DNA from: Octopus sinensis
Taxonomy: Eukaryota
Direction: 5' to 3'
NCBI RefSeq assembly: GCF_006345805.1
Contig: NC_042999.1
Coordinates: 59,024,001-59,088,000, forward strand
Length of the DNA: 64,000 nt
Shown piece by piece: positions 39,759-51,887 of this stretch. Within the stretch, counting starts at the first letter, position 1. Every line of letters starts with the position of its first letter. Made by a program: the position numbers and the translations under genes. The notes below the pieces were generated by a model. The model ran no database searches, had not been told where the DNA came from, and saw only the letters and a list, made by a program, of their open reading frames with translations.

Positions 39759-42289
39759 CATATGACTTATTTGTTTGACAGAGTTGACAGAGAGTCAAAG
39801 AAACAAGAACAGAAACAATGTAGTGGTGAAAAACGTAGGCGGTTAGACATGGAAATAGAATGACTGAGATAAGCAGAGAGAAAGAGAGAGAGAGAGCGAG
39901 AGAGAGAGAGTGAGAGAGAGGCAGACAGAGACAGGGAAAGCGACGCTGGGAAATTAAAAGAATAAGATAAATGATGAGTGGGTGAGAGTGAAGAATATAG
40001 TTAGTCAAAACCCTATTTTATTGTGTGTGACGTTTCTGTCACTTAATTCATGCCCTTGCGTGCATCTTGTATATGTGTGCTATTTGTAGAGTGTATGAGC
40101 TCATTGTTTGGAGTATTATTGCTCTTATATAATTTAATGGCAACCAAAGTACAGTAGACCTTTGATTTACATGCATTCCAAACTTGGCTACCCAGTTTCA
40201 ATTTTTTTAACGTGTTCTATTGAAAACTTAACTTGTGATATCGATGTGGTTCCCTCTATTTTTTATCAGCTGGAGCATCTATGTAAAGTCCTCACTCATT
40301 ATCCCTCGCTCCCGTACAGTAAATTTTCAAGTGAGGGGTACACGATTCCTACGTTTGGCATTTCTAGCTACCATCTATATGTGTCCTTCGGTGTTTCTTA
40401 TATTAATGTATGGAAGTGGTATCGACCTCAGAGGCATCATCGCACTAATTGGCTCCGCTCCTTCCAGCGAACTCGGTTTCGTATCCCGTACGGTGGTTCC
40501 TGGTTTAATGGTTGTCACGTCGGGAGTGGTAGAGGTTAACTTAATGGTATCTCTCTATTGAAGATGCTATGGTTTCGATGTCACGAGAGAAAAGTCCTTT
40601 GAAGTATCTGGTAGAAATTCCTAGGGATATTTGTTTTTATTTAACGAGAGAAGGATAAACCGAAACATATAACATGCCGACGTAAATGACCTCGTTTTAG
40701 CTTGATTTGAATGATTTGAATGAAATGGCAGCCCCATATTTCTAAAATCATATCCAATTATCTTTTGTAAATCTGGTTCTTAAAATCATACAAAAGATAT
40801 GATTTTAGAAGTATGTGGCAGCCACTTAATTCATATCGAGCTACAATGTGGCCATTTTTGACTCGTTTGTAGAAGTAGAGGAAGTTTTGAGGAAAATTGT
40901 CTGCCATTTCTCTCAAACTTACTACCAAGTGCGTGTCTCTGACGTTGGCTCGTAAGTACATACATTTAGATATGTCTAAGCCAGTATGCAGTGATTTGAA
41001 GGAAATGTGACAAGTATGTCTAACATTTCATCCTAACAGAAAAGGTCTCCTCTAATTCTAAAATTACAACAATTTTATGAATATTGTTTAATGCATATTG
41101 ATAATGAAATGCGGCAATCCCGTTTTCTATACCAGTAACTGTATTATTCAATATATTCTTTATTTAAGACAGCAGGTTATATACTTTTAGTGATTTAGCT
41201 GTTGTCTCCTACAAGTCAAGTAATTGTATTTACTGAATGCGTTTTTCACGAAGCTGCCTGTAAACATCTCCTTATATCGTTATAATCTATAAGTTTATCT
41301 TGTATGTATCTTTATATATACGTATGTTTGTGTGTGTATAAATGTAAGTATGCGCATGTTGTAAATGTGTGTTTATGAATATATGTATGCCTCTATCACT
41401 ATGTGTACGATTGTAAGCAAACGTCTACATTTGCTTGTGTGTATGTGTAAGCATGCAAGTAATATCCGGCACCCAACAGCCTCTAGGTTATTAATATACG
41501 AATTACGAGGGAAACAAAATGACAGAAAGAATTAATGGAGATATGAATGCGAGAATCACTATCCTATTAATTGCTGCCTGCAAACGTTAAAAAAAATTGT
41601 GCCTGAGTGGGAATCCGATGCATTTTAAATCTGGTTTTAAAATGTGTTACACAACAGAAAAGAAATATGATATTAATTGATATTAATAATTTGAAGTGAC
41701 TTGGAGTATAGAAGAATGATCAATAAAAATTTAGAAGAAAAATTGCAAGTTGAAAGAACGAACTGAAGTCATTCAAATGTGTATAGAAATAAGACAAATG
41801 AAAATTTATCAAAAGAAATTTGAAGACAACATATTTTGAATTGCGTAATAAATAATTATTTTAGGAATAATGAAAGTAACAGTGTTATGAATATTGCGGA
41901 ATTTAGCTGTATTCAATGCAAATTGTGGGCGAGTTGTCACGATCAGCTTTTTAATACAGGAAAAGAACGCGTTTCTATGAAATGACGTAATTTGTTTTGT
42001 GTACATCATTTAGACTTGGAGGCGGTAGTTAACGCAAGATAATTCATATTATTGGATAGGACGATATAAGTGCAAGAGCAAGAAGTGAGTATTCCTATAA
42101 ATAAAAGCTAGTATGGTATATTAATTTTTTATTTGGTTACAAAATATTAGGATTTGAAAATTTAGGTAATGTTATTATTTAAAATACTTAGAAGTACGGG
42201 TTACACAATGTATATAAGATACTCCTAGTTCGGAACGGTTATTCAATAAGTTTGTATTATTCCTATGTTTTAAAATTTCATATGTCTCC

Positions 42290-42570
42290 AGTTACACACT
42301 GGGGCAATATAATCGACTTAATCCATTTGTCTGTCCTTGTTTGTCCTCTCTGTGTTTATCCCCTTGTGGGTAGTAAAGAAATAGGAATTTCGTCTGCCGT
42401 TACGTTCTGAGTTCAAATTCCGCCGAGGTCGACTTTGCCTTTCATCCTTTCGGGGTCGATAAATTAAGTACCAGTTACGCACTGTGGTCGATGTAATCGA
42501 CTTAATCCGTTTATCTGTCCTTGTTTTATCCCCTCTATGTGTAGCCCCTTGTCGGTAATAAAGAAATAAG
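42290..42570 (+). mobile_element. SINE family A partial dimer
   Basis: 3' part of one unit joined through AAAGAAATAGGAATTTCGTCTG to a full unit. Confidence 0.88.
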
Positions 42571-42605
42571 AAACGTAAATAGGCAGACCGAGATAATCGC
42601 ATGGA

Positions 42606-43945
42606 ATATTAAACTGCTATAATAGATAAATTTCCTTTAATTCCGTTTTGAGGGAAATATCATATTGTATATGATGTCTAAAAATAAATCTAAAGCGTGA
42701 TCACAGCCGCAAGGAAAGCAGGACATAGAATCCAGCCGTTGTTTTGTGCTGGTATTTGAAATTAATAATTAATACACAAACAGACTAACTACTAGCCAAT
42801 GTACGTTCACAGTTTCGTACTAATCCTAATATATACCTGATTCTTTGCGATGTTGTTTTGCCAGTGTTGATGACATTCATCTAGAAATGATCGATATGTT
42901 GACCGATGGCCGACAATATTCAGCAGTTAAGAAACAGGGGCAAAGAGCATTACATTATTAAGAAAAATATCGAAGATATTTTTGTTGATTTTTATTACAC
43001 AGCTTTCGTTATGTAATTGATATCTGGTGTGTAATTTGTGGAACTGTATACATTTACAAAATCAAGTGTTGGATATTATTACTCATTGGTGGAGTGGAAA
43101 AATACTATCTGATTGTATATCTTCTCTTTTACGATAGCTGATGTCATTCGGTGGAGACAAAATGACAGAAATCTTAGAGCACCGGATTTACTGCTTTATA
43201 TTATTTAGTTATATCTATGTACTCGGGTTCAAATACGGAGATCGACATATTTATTATTGGGGGGGGGGGGGCTTACAAGAAATACTATATATGTAGATAA
43301 TTCATTTCAGTCGGGAATACCTCTCTCTTTAGCTGTGTCGAAGTAACGTGGGGGCATCTTCGAAATCCCCAGCTCACAGTAGCTAAATATCCTTTAATAT
43401 TAAACTACTATAATATTAAAGTATCCTTTAATTCCGTCTTGAGGAAAATATCATAATGTATATGATGTCTAAAAATAAATCTAAAGCATCATCACAGCTG
43501 CAAGGAAAGGAGGAAACAGAATCCAGCCGTTGTCTTGGGCTGGTGTTTGAAATAAATAATTAATACACAAATTTAAGACGATGATCTGGCAGAACCACTA
43601 CCCGGGCGGAAAACGGCTTTACGTTCTGGTTCAAATTCCACCGGGTCTACTTTGCCTTTCGTCCTTTTCGGTTCGATAAAATAAGTACCAGTTAAGTTCT
43701 AGTTTCTATCCAATCGACGTACGTCGTCGCACGTAATTGGTGCTTTTGTGATATCATTTGAAGGCGATAATTTACCTGCTATAATATTTAAATATCCTTT
43801 AATTATATCTTCAGGAAAAATATCACGTTGTATATGTTGGCTAAGAATTAAAAATATAGCATGATCATAGCCGGGAGGAATAGAAGAAACAGAAATAATC
43901 GCGTTGACTTGTACCAGTATTTGAAATCAATAGTTAATACACGAA
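42606..43945 (+). repeat. Three diverged direct copies of a ~175-bp unit
   Basis: Copies at 42606-42780, 43397-43571 and 43773-43945 share CTGCTATAAT..TCCTTTAATT..ATGATGTCTAAAAATAAATCTAAAGC..GTATTTGAAAT..TAATACAC. Confidence 0.85.
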
Positions 43946-44726
43946 TCAGCTAAACAACCTATAATTGCACAGACAGTTATCTAGATTGTGAAATTAAAGA
44001 TTGATTTTAGCATTTTTTATGCGCTTTTTAAACCGATTATTTTAAGAGAGAAATATTTGCCGTTAGAATATATATAAGTGATGTATACGGGAGTCACTAG
44101 ATAGGAGTTGTGAAGATATACTTCGATTCTTATTCCTCGCTTTCTTACATCACAAGCGCTTCCACAATTTCGAAGAAAACATCTGAAAGTTTTATTTTGC
44201 ATTTCCCTATTTTCAAACGACTAATTATGAATCATCGAACAATTAGTTCTCAGTTTCCCTGTGGTGATCATTATTCTCATACAGAGTTACTCTGCGTAAG
44301 ATGTTATTTAATCAATGGCTACGGTGTGTTTAATTATTTCTCAAAAATAAAAGATAATTTTGGGGATGCAAACTATTGTTTTTCTAAAACAAACAAACTC
44401 TATAACGGGACTTAAGAAAGAAATAAAACTATATATTAGATATTTATTGAAACTAGTTTAACTGCTTAACTTATAGACATGAAAACATAAGAGTCGTGTG
44501 AGAGCTAATGGTTGTAGCAGATTTTCAAAGCACAATTGTTACAAGCGTTCGAGCTAAATGGATAGGATGCGATATGACATTGTTTTAAGTATCAGCTGTT
44601 CTCGGCATCCATTCATACTTCACAGTAAACATAAATGTTCGATCCTACATTACTTCTCAAAATTTAATTTACTTGGACATAGATATGTCATTTGCAGAGT
44701 CCGAAAGATACGTGTATGTACGTGTT

Positions 44727-44780
<54 letters not shown>

Positions 44781-44842
44781 ATGGATGTATGTATCTATAT
44801 ATGTATATATGCATATATGCGTGTATGTATATATATGTGTGC

Positions 44843-44934
<92 letters not shown>

Positions 44935-45116
44935 ATGTATGTATATATGTAAATACATATATGCATATATATGTTGCTTATTTTGATTTTAATCACCTTA
45001 TGTTGAAATTGTATGGATAATACCGTACTAAATTCTGGTGCCTCAACGTAAGTACAATATTCATCTGAGTCTAAATTTTTGCTGAACTCATCTACCATAC
45101 GTATGCATATATACAT

Positions 45117-45165
<49 letters not shown>

Positions 45166-45329
45166 TTAGAATAACTTAGAACAACATACATATATATATA
45201 TATATGTATGTATGTATATATATATATATATAGATATATATATATATATATAATATATATATTATATATATATATATTAAACAATTTAATTCTTTAAATT
45301 GATTCAACTTTAAAGCTACGGGCATGCTG

Positions 45330-46810
45330 GGGCACCACCGTTGGCTGTACTACACCATTATTAGAAACGTGGCATTTGGATAATGATGGAGTTTCATGCT
45401 GCTCCCTTTATCTGTGTTTCCTGTCGTGAGGTAGGTTCATTTGCAACCGTTGACAGGAGGAAATCCAGCTTTACTTTGACACATGCATCCATACAATGCA
45501 GGTCTGTCAGGTATTTGGAGAGGATATTGGAGAGCTGTGGGCCCTTGAAACCCAAATTGTTGCAGTATCTGGTCCTGTATTTGGATGGTAGGGCTGGGAT
45601 CTTTGGCATTATGCAGTGGCGTCCCGTCCTGCTGTTTGTGTAACTTTCGATACCAAAGTGGTTACAAGGCCTTGCAGTATTTTCCAGATGTATATCACTG
45701 CATATCTTTACCGCCTTCTTTCTAGGGAGAGGAGTTTTAAGTCTTTTAGTCTTTCCCAGTAGCTGATGTGCTGCATTGTGACGATTTTCTTTGTGCAGTT
45801 TCGTTGGGCCGTTAATTTTTTACTTTGTGGTGACCATATCTGGGAGCAGTAGTCCATGCTGCTGAGGACATATGCCCTCCAAACACTCATCATTGTTTCC
45901 TTTTCTCTCGTTTGGAAGTTCGTTGGATCCATTCGGCTAGCTGTCTGAATTGTATTACCAAATTAGGAATATGCATCATTGCTATTGTAAATGCCCAGGT
46001 CACGCACTGATTTTGATTCAGGGACTGTAGTTCCTCCTGGGTCAGTGTATCCTATCTGTATATCGTTCAGCTTTGAGTACTGGTAGCGCAGGACTTGTAA
46101 TTTCCTGCATTAAACTGCATGTCATTGTCCTCAGCCCACCTGTATATTGCGTCCAACTCCCATTGCAGATGTGCAATATTTCTAGGATTTTGTATTGTCT
46201 GAGAGACTTTTGTTTAATCTGCATAGCTAGCGAGTTTGGTTATCTGAGCAGATAGCAGCATGCATGAGAGGGTCATAGTAAAGAGTGGTAGCCCTAAGAC
46301 AATGAAACACCGCTTACTTTTTGTGTTTCCTTTGGGGTTGCTCCAGTGATCACCAATACCTGTCGTCTATCTTTTAGAAAATCGTGTCACCACTCTCCTA
46401 GTTTTCCGACTATGCCGAGATAACGTATTGTGGCATATCATACTACAGCGGACTTTATCAAGGGCTTTTGCAAAGTCGAGATATATTACATCCACACTTC
46501 AGTAGCTTAATAGCTGTTTTAACACCCAGACATAATATCGTAAGAGCTGTATCAGGTAGCTTAGACCTGGTCGAAATCCAAGCTGGATGTCAGTCAGCAA
46601 GTAATTTTCTTCAAGGAATACGATTAGTTTCTTACGGTCTATTCGTTCCATGACTTAGCTGATGTGTTAGGTCAGAGAGATAAGCCTATAAATTTTAGCA
46701 TCTGCTCTCCTTCCTTCGTTATGGATAGGGAATATCATTCCTTCCTTCAGATTGTATGGGAGCTTAGCACTTGTGAGAAAAAGAAGTTGCAGTGTATTTG
46801 CAAGGGCTCT
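45330..46810 (-). mobile_element. Decayed CR1/L2-group LINE, RT and C-terminal region
   Basis: Broken motifs IFPIH..YRLISLT, VDVIYLDFAKALDKV, SYAD*TKV, VRDLG, MDYCSQIWSP, SYWERLKDLKLLSLERRR; many stops and frameshifts. Confidence 0.88.
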
Positions 46811-46907
46811 TTGAATGTATATATAGCCACATGTGTGTGTGTATACGTATATATGTATATGTGAATACACACACACACGCATATATATATATATATATAT
46901 ATATATA

Positions 46908-47269
46908 CTAGCAGTATCGCCCGGCGTTGCTTATGTTTGTAAGGGAAATAACTATAAAGCATTTTTAGAGAGTTATAGCCAAAAAATAGCAAGAAAATGG
47001 AAAAAAATGATGGTAAATTTTTTTTTGAGAGTTAAAAAAGGATGGAGTTGCGTCCCCTAGACAGTTTGTGGTTCGTGTTTCTGATTCTCGACCCCATGTC
47101 GAATGTATCGATTTTTTTCAGAACTGGGGAAACTTTTCAAATTATGACATTGGGCTATGTGTGTGTCAAGTTTCAGCAGAATCGGTTGAAAGCCGTGGTC
47201 AGGGTGAGGGTACAAGCAAACAGACACACAGAACACGCACAGACAAACTGCCGTTTATATATAGAGAGA
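46908..47269 (-). mobile_element. Non-autonomous Helitron, copy 1
   Basis: On the minus strand it starts TC after an A and ends with hairpin CGCC-G-GGCG then CTAG before a T; the 3' end abuts a (TA)n tract. Confidence 0.82.
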
Positions 47270-47682
47270 TACGCGTGTGTGAGTTGGCCATGTGTAACGA
47301 TTCATATGTTACTGATAACTGAAAAATATTTGAAAAATTTGTGGATGCAGCCAGTTCGCTGTTAGTGAGTGAAATTTAGCATTTAAAATATATGTCAGTG
47401 TAACAGATACATTCGAATTATTGTGTACCAGTGTAGAAAGCTTGGAGCTACATCAAAATGTAAGGCGAATGGTAGTCTGTAAGAAACCGGCTTGAAGTGA
47501 TTAGGATTCCCAATCGAATGAGGAGATATGTCTGTATTTTAAAATTACCTTTTTGAGGATGTATTTTATTCTAATCAAAATACCGTGGTCTGCTGAGTAG
47601 GGGCATGAATAACCAGACATAGAACATAGGTGTATCTGAAGTCATACTGAAATTAATAGGAAGGAAGCTGTGTGAAAGATCG

Positions 47683-48312
47683 TGGTATGTATGTATGTAT
47701 GTATGTATGTATGTATGTATGTGTGTATGTATGTATGTGTGTATGTATGTATGTATGTATGTATGTATCTATGTATTTATATATGTGTGTATATACGCAT
47801 GTACGTATGTATGTATGTATGTGTGTATTTATGTATGTACGCATGTACGTACGTATGTATGTATGTACGCATGTACGTATGTATGTATTTATGTATGTGC
47901 GTATGTATGTATGTATGCATGTATGTATGTATTTATGTATGTATGTACGCATGTATGTATGTATGTACGCATGTATGTATGTATGCATTTATGTATGTAT
48001 GTACGCATGTATGTATGTATGTATGTACGCATGTATGTATGTATTTATGTATGTAGGCATGTACGTATGTATGTATGCATTTATGTATGTATGTATGTAT
48101 TTCTGTATGTATGTATGTATTTATGCATGTATGTATGTACGCATGTATGTATGTATGTATGCATTTATGCATGTATGTATGTATGTATGTATGTACACAT
48201 ATATGTATATACGCATATATGTATATATGCATGTACGCATGTATGTATGTATTTATGTATGTATGTATGTATGTATGTATGTATGTATGTATGTATGTAT
48301 GTATTTATGTAT
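47683..48312. repeat. (ATGT)n array with recurrent variant units
   Basis: About 630 bp, with ACGC and ATTT variants recurring. Confidence 0.97.
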
Positions 48313-48560
48313 GCCTGTCGTCGGTTGCACCACTCCGCTAGACAACCGATGTTTTATGCTCTTTTTTATGTGCTTTTTAATTATCTTTTCTATGTCGCTA
48401 GACAACCGGTTTTTTATGTTCTCTTAATTTAGTAGATCGGCGAAACAAAGCAGCAGAATAAATACCATATTTTACAAAGAAATAAGTTCTGGGTTCGATT
48501 TCGTTGTCTAAATCTTACAAAGCGGAGCAGCAGTATGGTCGCAGTCCAACAAATGAAACT

Positions 48561-48965
48561 GGTGAGTGTGGTAAGTAGCTTGCTTACGAACCATATGGTT
48601 CAAGGTTCAGTCCTGCTGCGTGGCACCTTGGGCAAGTGTCTTCTACTATAGCCTCGGGCCGACCAAAGCATTGTGAGTGGATTTGGTACACGAAAACTGA
48701 AAGAAGCTCGTCATATATATGTATATATATATATATATGTTTGTGTGTATATGTTTGTGTGTCTGTGTTTGTTCCCCCAACATCGCTTGACAACCGATAC
48801 TGGTGTGTTTCCGTCCCCGTAACTTCGCGGTTCGCCAAAAGAGACCGATAGAATAAGTACTAGGCTTACAAAGAACAGGTCCTGGGGTCGATTTGCTCGA
48901 CTAAAGGCGGTGCTCCAGCATGACCACACTCAAATGACTGAAACAAGTAAAAAAGTAAAAGAGTA
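48561..48965 (+). mobile_element. SINE family B, full-length, preceded by a decayed 3' half at 48310-48555
   Basis: Full family match. Confidence 0.9.
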
Positions 48966-48977
48966 TCTTTATGTCTG

Positions 48978-49036
<59 letters not shown>

Positions 49037-49125
49037 GTCTGTCTGTCTGTCTCGCTGTCCGTCTGTCTATCTATCTAACTTACTAACTAACTACACACAT
49101 AAACATACATATATATATTATCTTT

Positions 49126-50255
49126 TATTAGGTTTGCCAAAAAGTGCATTCAATATTTTAAGCGAAAATAAGTCGCAACTCTTAAATATAGAGCGAGTTA
49201 TTCAATCAGTCATATAATTAGTTTCGTTCTAGTATCGTCTGCTAATTGTGAGTATATTTGTTATATAATGCTCAAGGTATTTCATGTCTTATTTACTAGT
49301 GAAAATCTCTGTTAGGTTAATATTTTTACCTCTTTTCAGAGTCGAAGGTCGGTCCATTCAAAGAATTTCGAAGAGACCGAAGCAGATAAAAATCTGAAGT
49401 TACAGAGCTGAGCAAATATGGAGGTGTGGCAAAACTTACCAGCCAAGCCTCAGTAACTTCTGTAGCGTCTGCAAATGATGTTGCTGTTGGTGTTGAGAGA
49501 AATCCGAAACGTGGTCCTTTGCTATTCGTAAGACCCGCAGAAGAGAAAGCAGGTCAACCCCCGACATCGAGAGCATCGACGGATGGATGAATGTGCATCC
49601 AGGAAGTCGGGGATAAGGAACAGGAAGAAAGAGTGAGAGAAAGTTGGAGCGAAAGAGTACAACAGGGGTTGCCACCACCCCCTGCCAGACCCTCGTGGAG
49701 CTTGAGGTGTTTTCGCTCAATAAACACACACAACGCCCGGTCTGTGAATCGAAACCGCGATCCTCCGACCGCGAGTCCGCTGCGCTAACCACTGGGCCAT
49801 TGCACCTCCACTGCAAACGATGTATAGTCAATGTCGTGATGAAAGACGATATCCTTCCGATTAGCAAGTGCCGGTCGCTTCTGCAGCATCACTGTTTTTA
49901 ATTTGTCAAGTTGATCAAAATATACATTCGATCTGATGGTCCACTTCAGACAATACTCATCCAATCCAACGAAATTAAAAGCGTAACCTTCATCGGACGA
50001 TGTCCTGCTTTGGAGGTTGTTTGTGTTAGTTCGCCGCACAGTTTTGACGATCCATTTTTCGTCCCATGGGTTGTTTTCCTCAAATTTCAACCAGAAATCG
50101 CTGATGGAAATACTGTAGGGAGATCAGCCTCATTCAATTGATATGGGACCCAAACAGGGAGTCTGCTAATGTAACCAACTTGATGTAGATGGTTTTCAAG
50201 AATCGATTTGTATATTTGGGGATTATCTGCGATTAACCTGGACGTAAAACATAGT
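49126..50255 (-). mobile_element. Decayed mariner transposase remnant interrupted by a SINE
   Basis: Minus-strand motifs WVPYQL, DEKWI, KRPALANRKDIVFHHD, then after the SINE LQKLLRLGW and PY..SDFYLLRSLRNSLNG. A TIR-like TATTAGGTTTGCCAAAAAG lies near 49126. Confidence 0.85.
49482..49811 (-). mobile_element. tRNA(Arg)-like SINE family C with 12-bp TSD
   Basis: Head GTGGAGGTGCAATGGCCCAGTGGTTAGCGCAGCGGACTCGCGGTCGGAGGATCGCGGTTTCGATTC with A- and B-box-like motifs. TSD TGCAAA(T/C)GATGT at 49470-49481 and 49812-49823. Confidence 0.9.
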
Positions 50256-50719
50256 ATGCTGTTGGTGGTAGTCTCAGTTGGCCAGCCTGGTACTTATTCC
50301 TTGGTAAGTTAAAAGAAGGCGAATAAAGTATCACCGGTTTTCAAATGGTGGTCAGGCAAGCACAAACTCCAATACACACACACACATGTAATTATATATA
50401 TATGTATATATATATATATATATATATCTGACATCTACTTCCTCTCTTCACTCTTACCCACCTTCTCCCTTCCACCCTCTCCCATCATCGTCACCCCTCC
50501 ATCGTTACTCCACCCCACCCTCATGTCCCACCCCTACACCCACATCCTCACCCCAACACACATACCACTACACCACATCGCACCACCCTGCACACACTAG
50601 CACTGACCACTTCCCAGCACCTACACCATCATCCACACACCTACACAGGCACACTTTCACACGTCAAGGTCACCAGCCTCTATTCACACACATACACACG
50701 CTCTTACATACGCACGCAC

Positions 50720-50975
50720 GCGCACCTTCGTTTTGGGATCACCACTACTTTATTATCTCCAACTTTTCCTAGATCTCGTGTCTGACCACCTCTGTCAGGC
50801 CAAAGCTTTTTTTAAAAAAAATTCTCTCTCTGTTTATTTTCTCGTATTCTTTTCTGTTGAAGAGCGTAGGCTCGAAACGTAAAAGACTTTCTCACCTTCC
50901 CGAGCGTTAAACTAATACACCTGTTTCTTGTTTACACACCTGTCTTCGTCTTTTATTGTTTTGTAAATTCCAACT
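50720..50975 (+). mobile_element. Probable Penelope-like terminal-repeat fragment (related copies 4020-4140 and 36061-36185, both minus strand)
   Basis: Hammerhead motif followed by a shared ~100-bp segment (CGAGCGTTAAACTAATACAC...GTAAATTCCAACTA) that ends at (TA)n in two of the three copies. Confidence 0.6.
50849..50886 (+). ncRNA. Hammerhead-like motif with A6U core change
   Basis: UUUU-CUGUUGA-A-GAGC-GUAG-GCUC-GAAA-CG-U-A-AAAG. Confidence 0.6.
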
Positions 50976-50987
50976 ATATATGAATAT

Positions 50988-51064
<77 letters not shown>

Positions 51065-51065
<1 letters not shown>

Positions 51066-51450
51066 CTCTCTCTATATAAACGGCAGTTTGTCTGTGCGTT
51101 TTCTGTGTGTCTGTTTTCTCGTACCCTCACTCCGACCACGGCTTTCAACCGATTCTGATGAAACTTGACACACACACATAGCCCAATGTCATAATTCAAA
51201 ACTAACGCAGCGAAAATTTTGAAAAGTTCCCCCAGTTCTGAAAAAAATCGATAAATTCGACATGGGGTCGAGAATCAGAAACCCAAACCACAGACCGTCT
51301 AGGGGACGCAACTCCACCTTTTTTAACTCTCAAAAAAAATTTACCATCATTTTTTTTCCATTTTTTTGCTATTTTTTGGCTATAACTCTCTAAAAATGCT
51401 TTATAGTTATTTCCCTTACAAACCTGAGCAACGCCGGGCGATACTGCTAG
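51065..51450 (+). mobile_element. Non-autonomous Helitron, copy 2
   Basis: A|TCTCTCTCTATATAAACGGC ... GCAACGCCGGGCGATACTGCTAG|T; near-identical to the reverse complement of 46908-47269 and about 23 bp longer internally. Confidence 0.84.
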
Positions 51451-51474
51451 TATATGTATATATGTATATATATA

Positions 51475-51778
51475 TATGTATCACCGTGATCACCGTGACC
51501 GACCAGGCTATGAGATGTTGGTACACATCGCTGGTCACAATGCACTTCGCATTGTTTTAGCCTTCAAATGACGCCACCCCGCTGGCTAAGCGATCAGGCC
51601 AACAGAAGAAAGAGTGAGAGAAACAGAAGAATCGCGGCGAAAGAGTACAGCAGGGATCGCTACAACCCACTGCCGGAGCTTCGTGGAGCTTTAGGTGTTT
51701 TCGCTCAATAAACACTCACAACTGGGAATCGAAACCGCGATCCTACGACCACGAGTCCGCTGCCCTAACCACTGGGCA
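51475..51778 (-). mobile_element. SINE family C variant with a different 3' half
   Basis: 51600-51778 matches the head and body of 49482-49811; 51475-51600 does not. Confidence 0.82.
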
Positions 51779-51790
51779 TATATATATATA

Positions 51791-51887
<97 letters not shown>

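Noticed and set aside
40490-40560. GGSWFNGCH resembling a fibrinogen-domain motif
   Set aside because: The upstream DND/CA motifs are absent and a stop precedes LNG; likely coincidence.
49339-49590. Plus-strand exon after a strong acceptor (TTTTCAG)
   Set aside because: It is the antisense of mariner and SINE sequence, and all three frames hit stops.
49735-49811. tRNA-Arg gene
   Set aside because: No complete acceptor-stem pairing; it continues into a SINE body and is bounded by a TSD.
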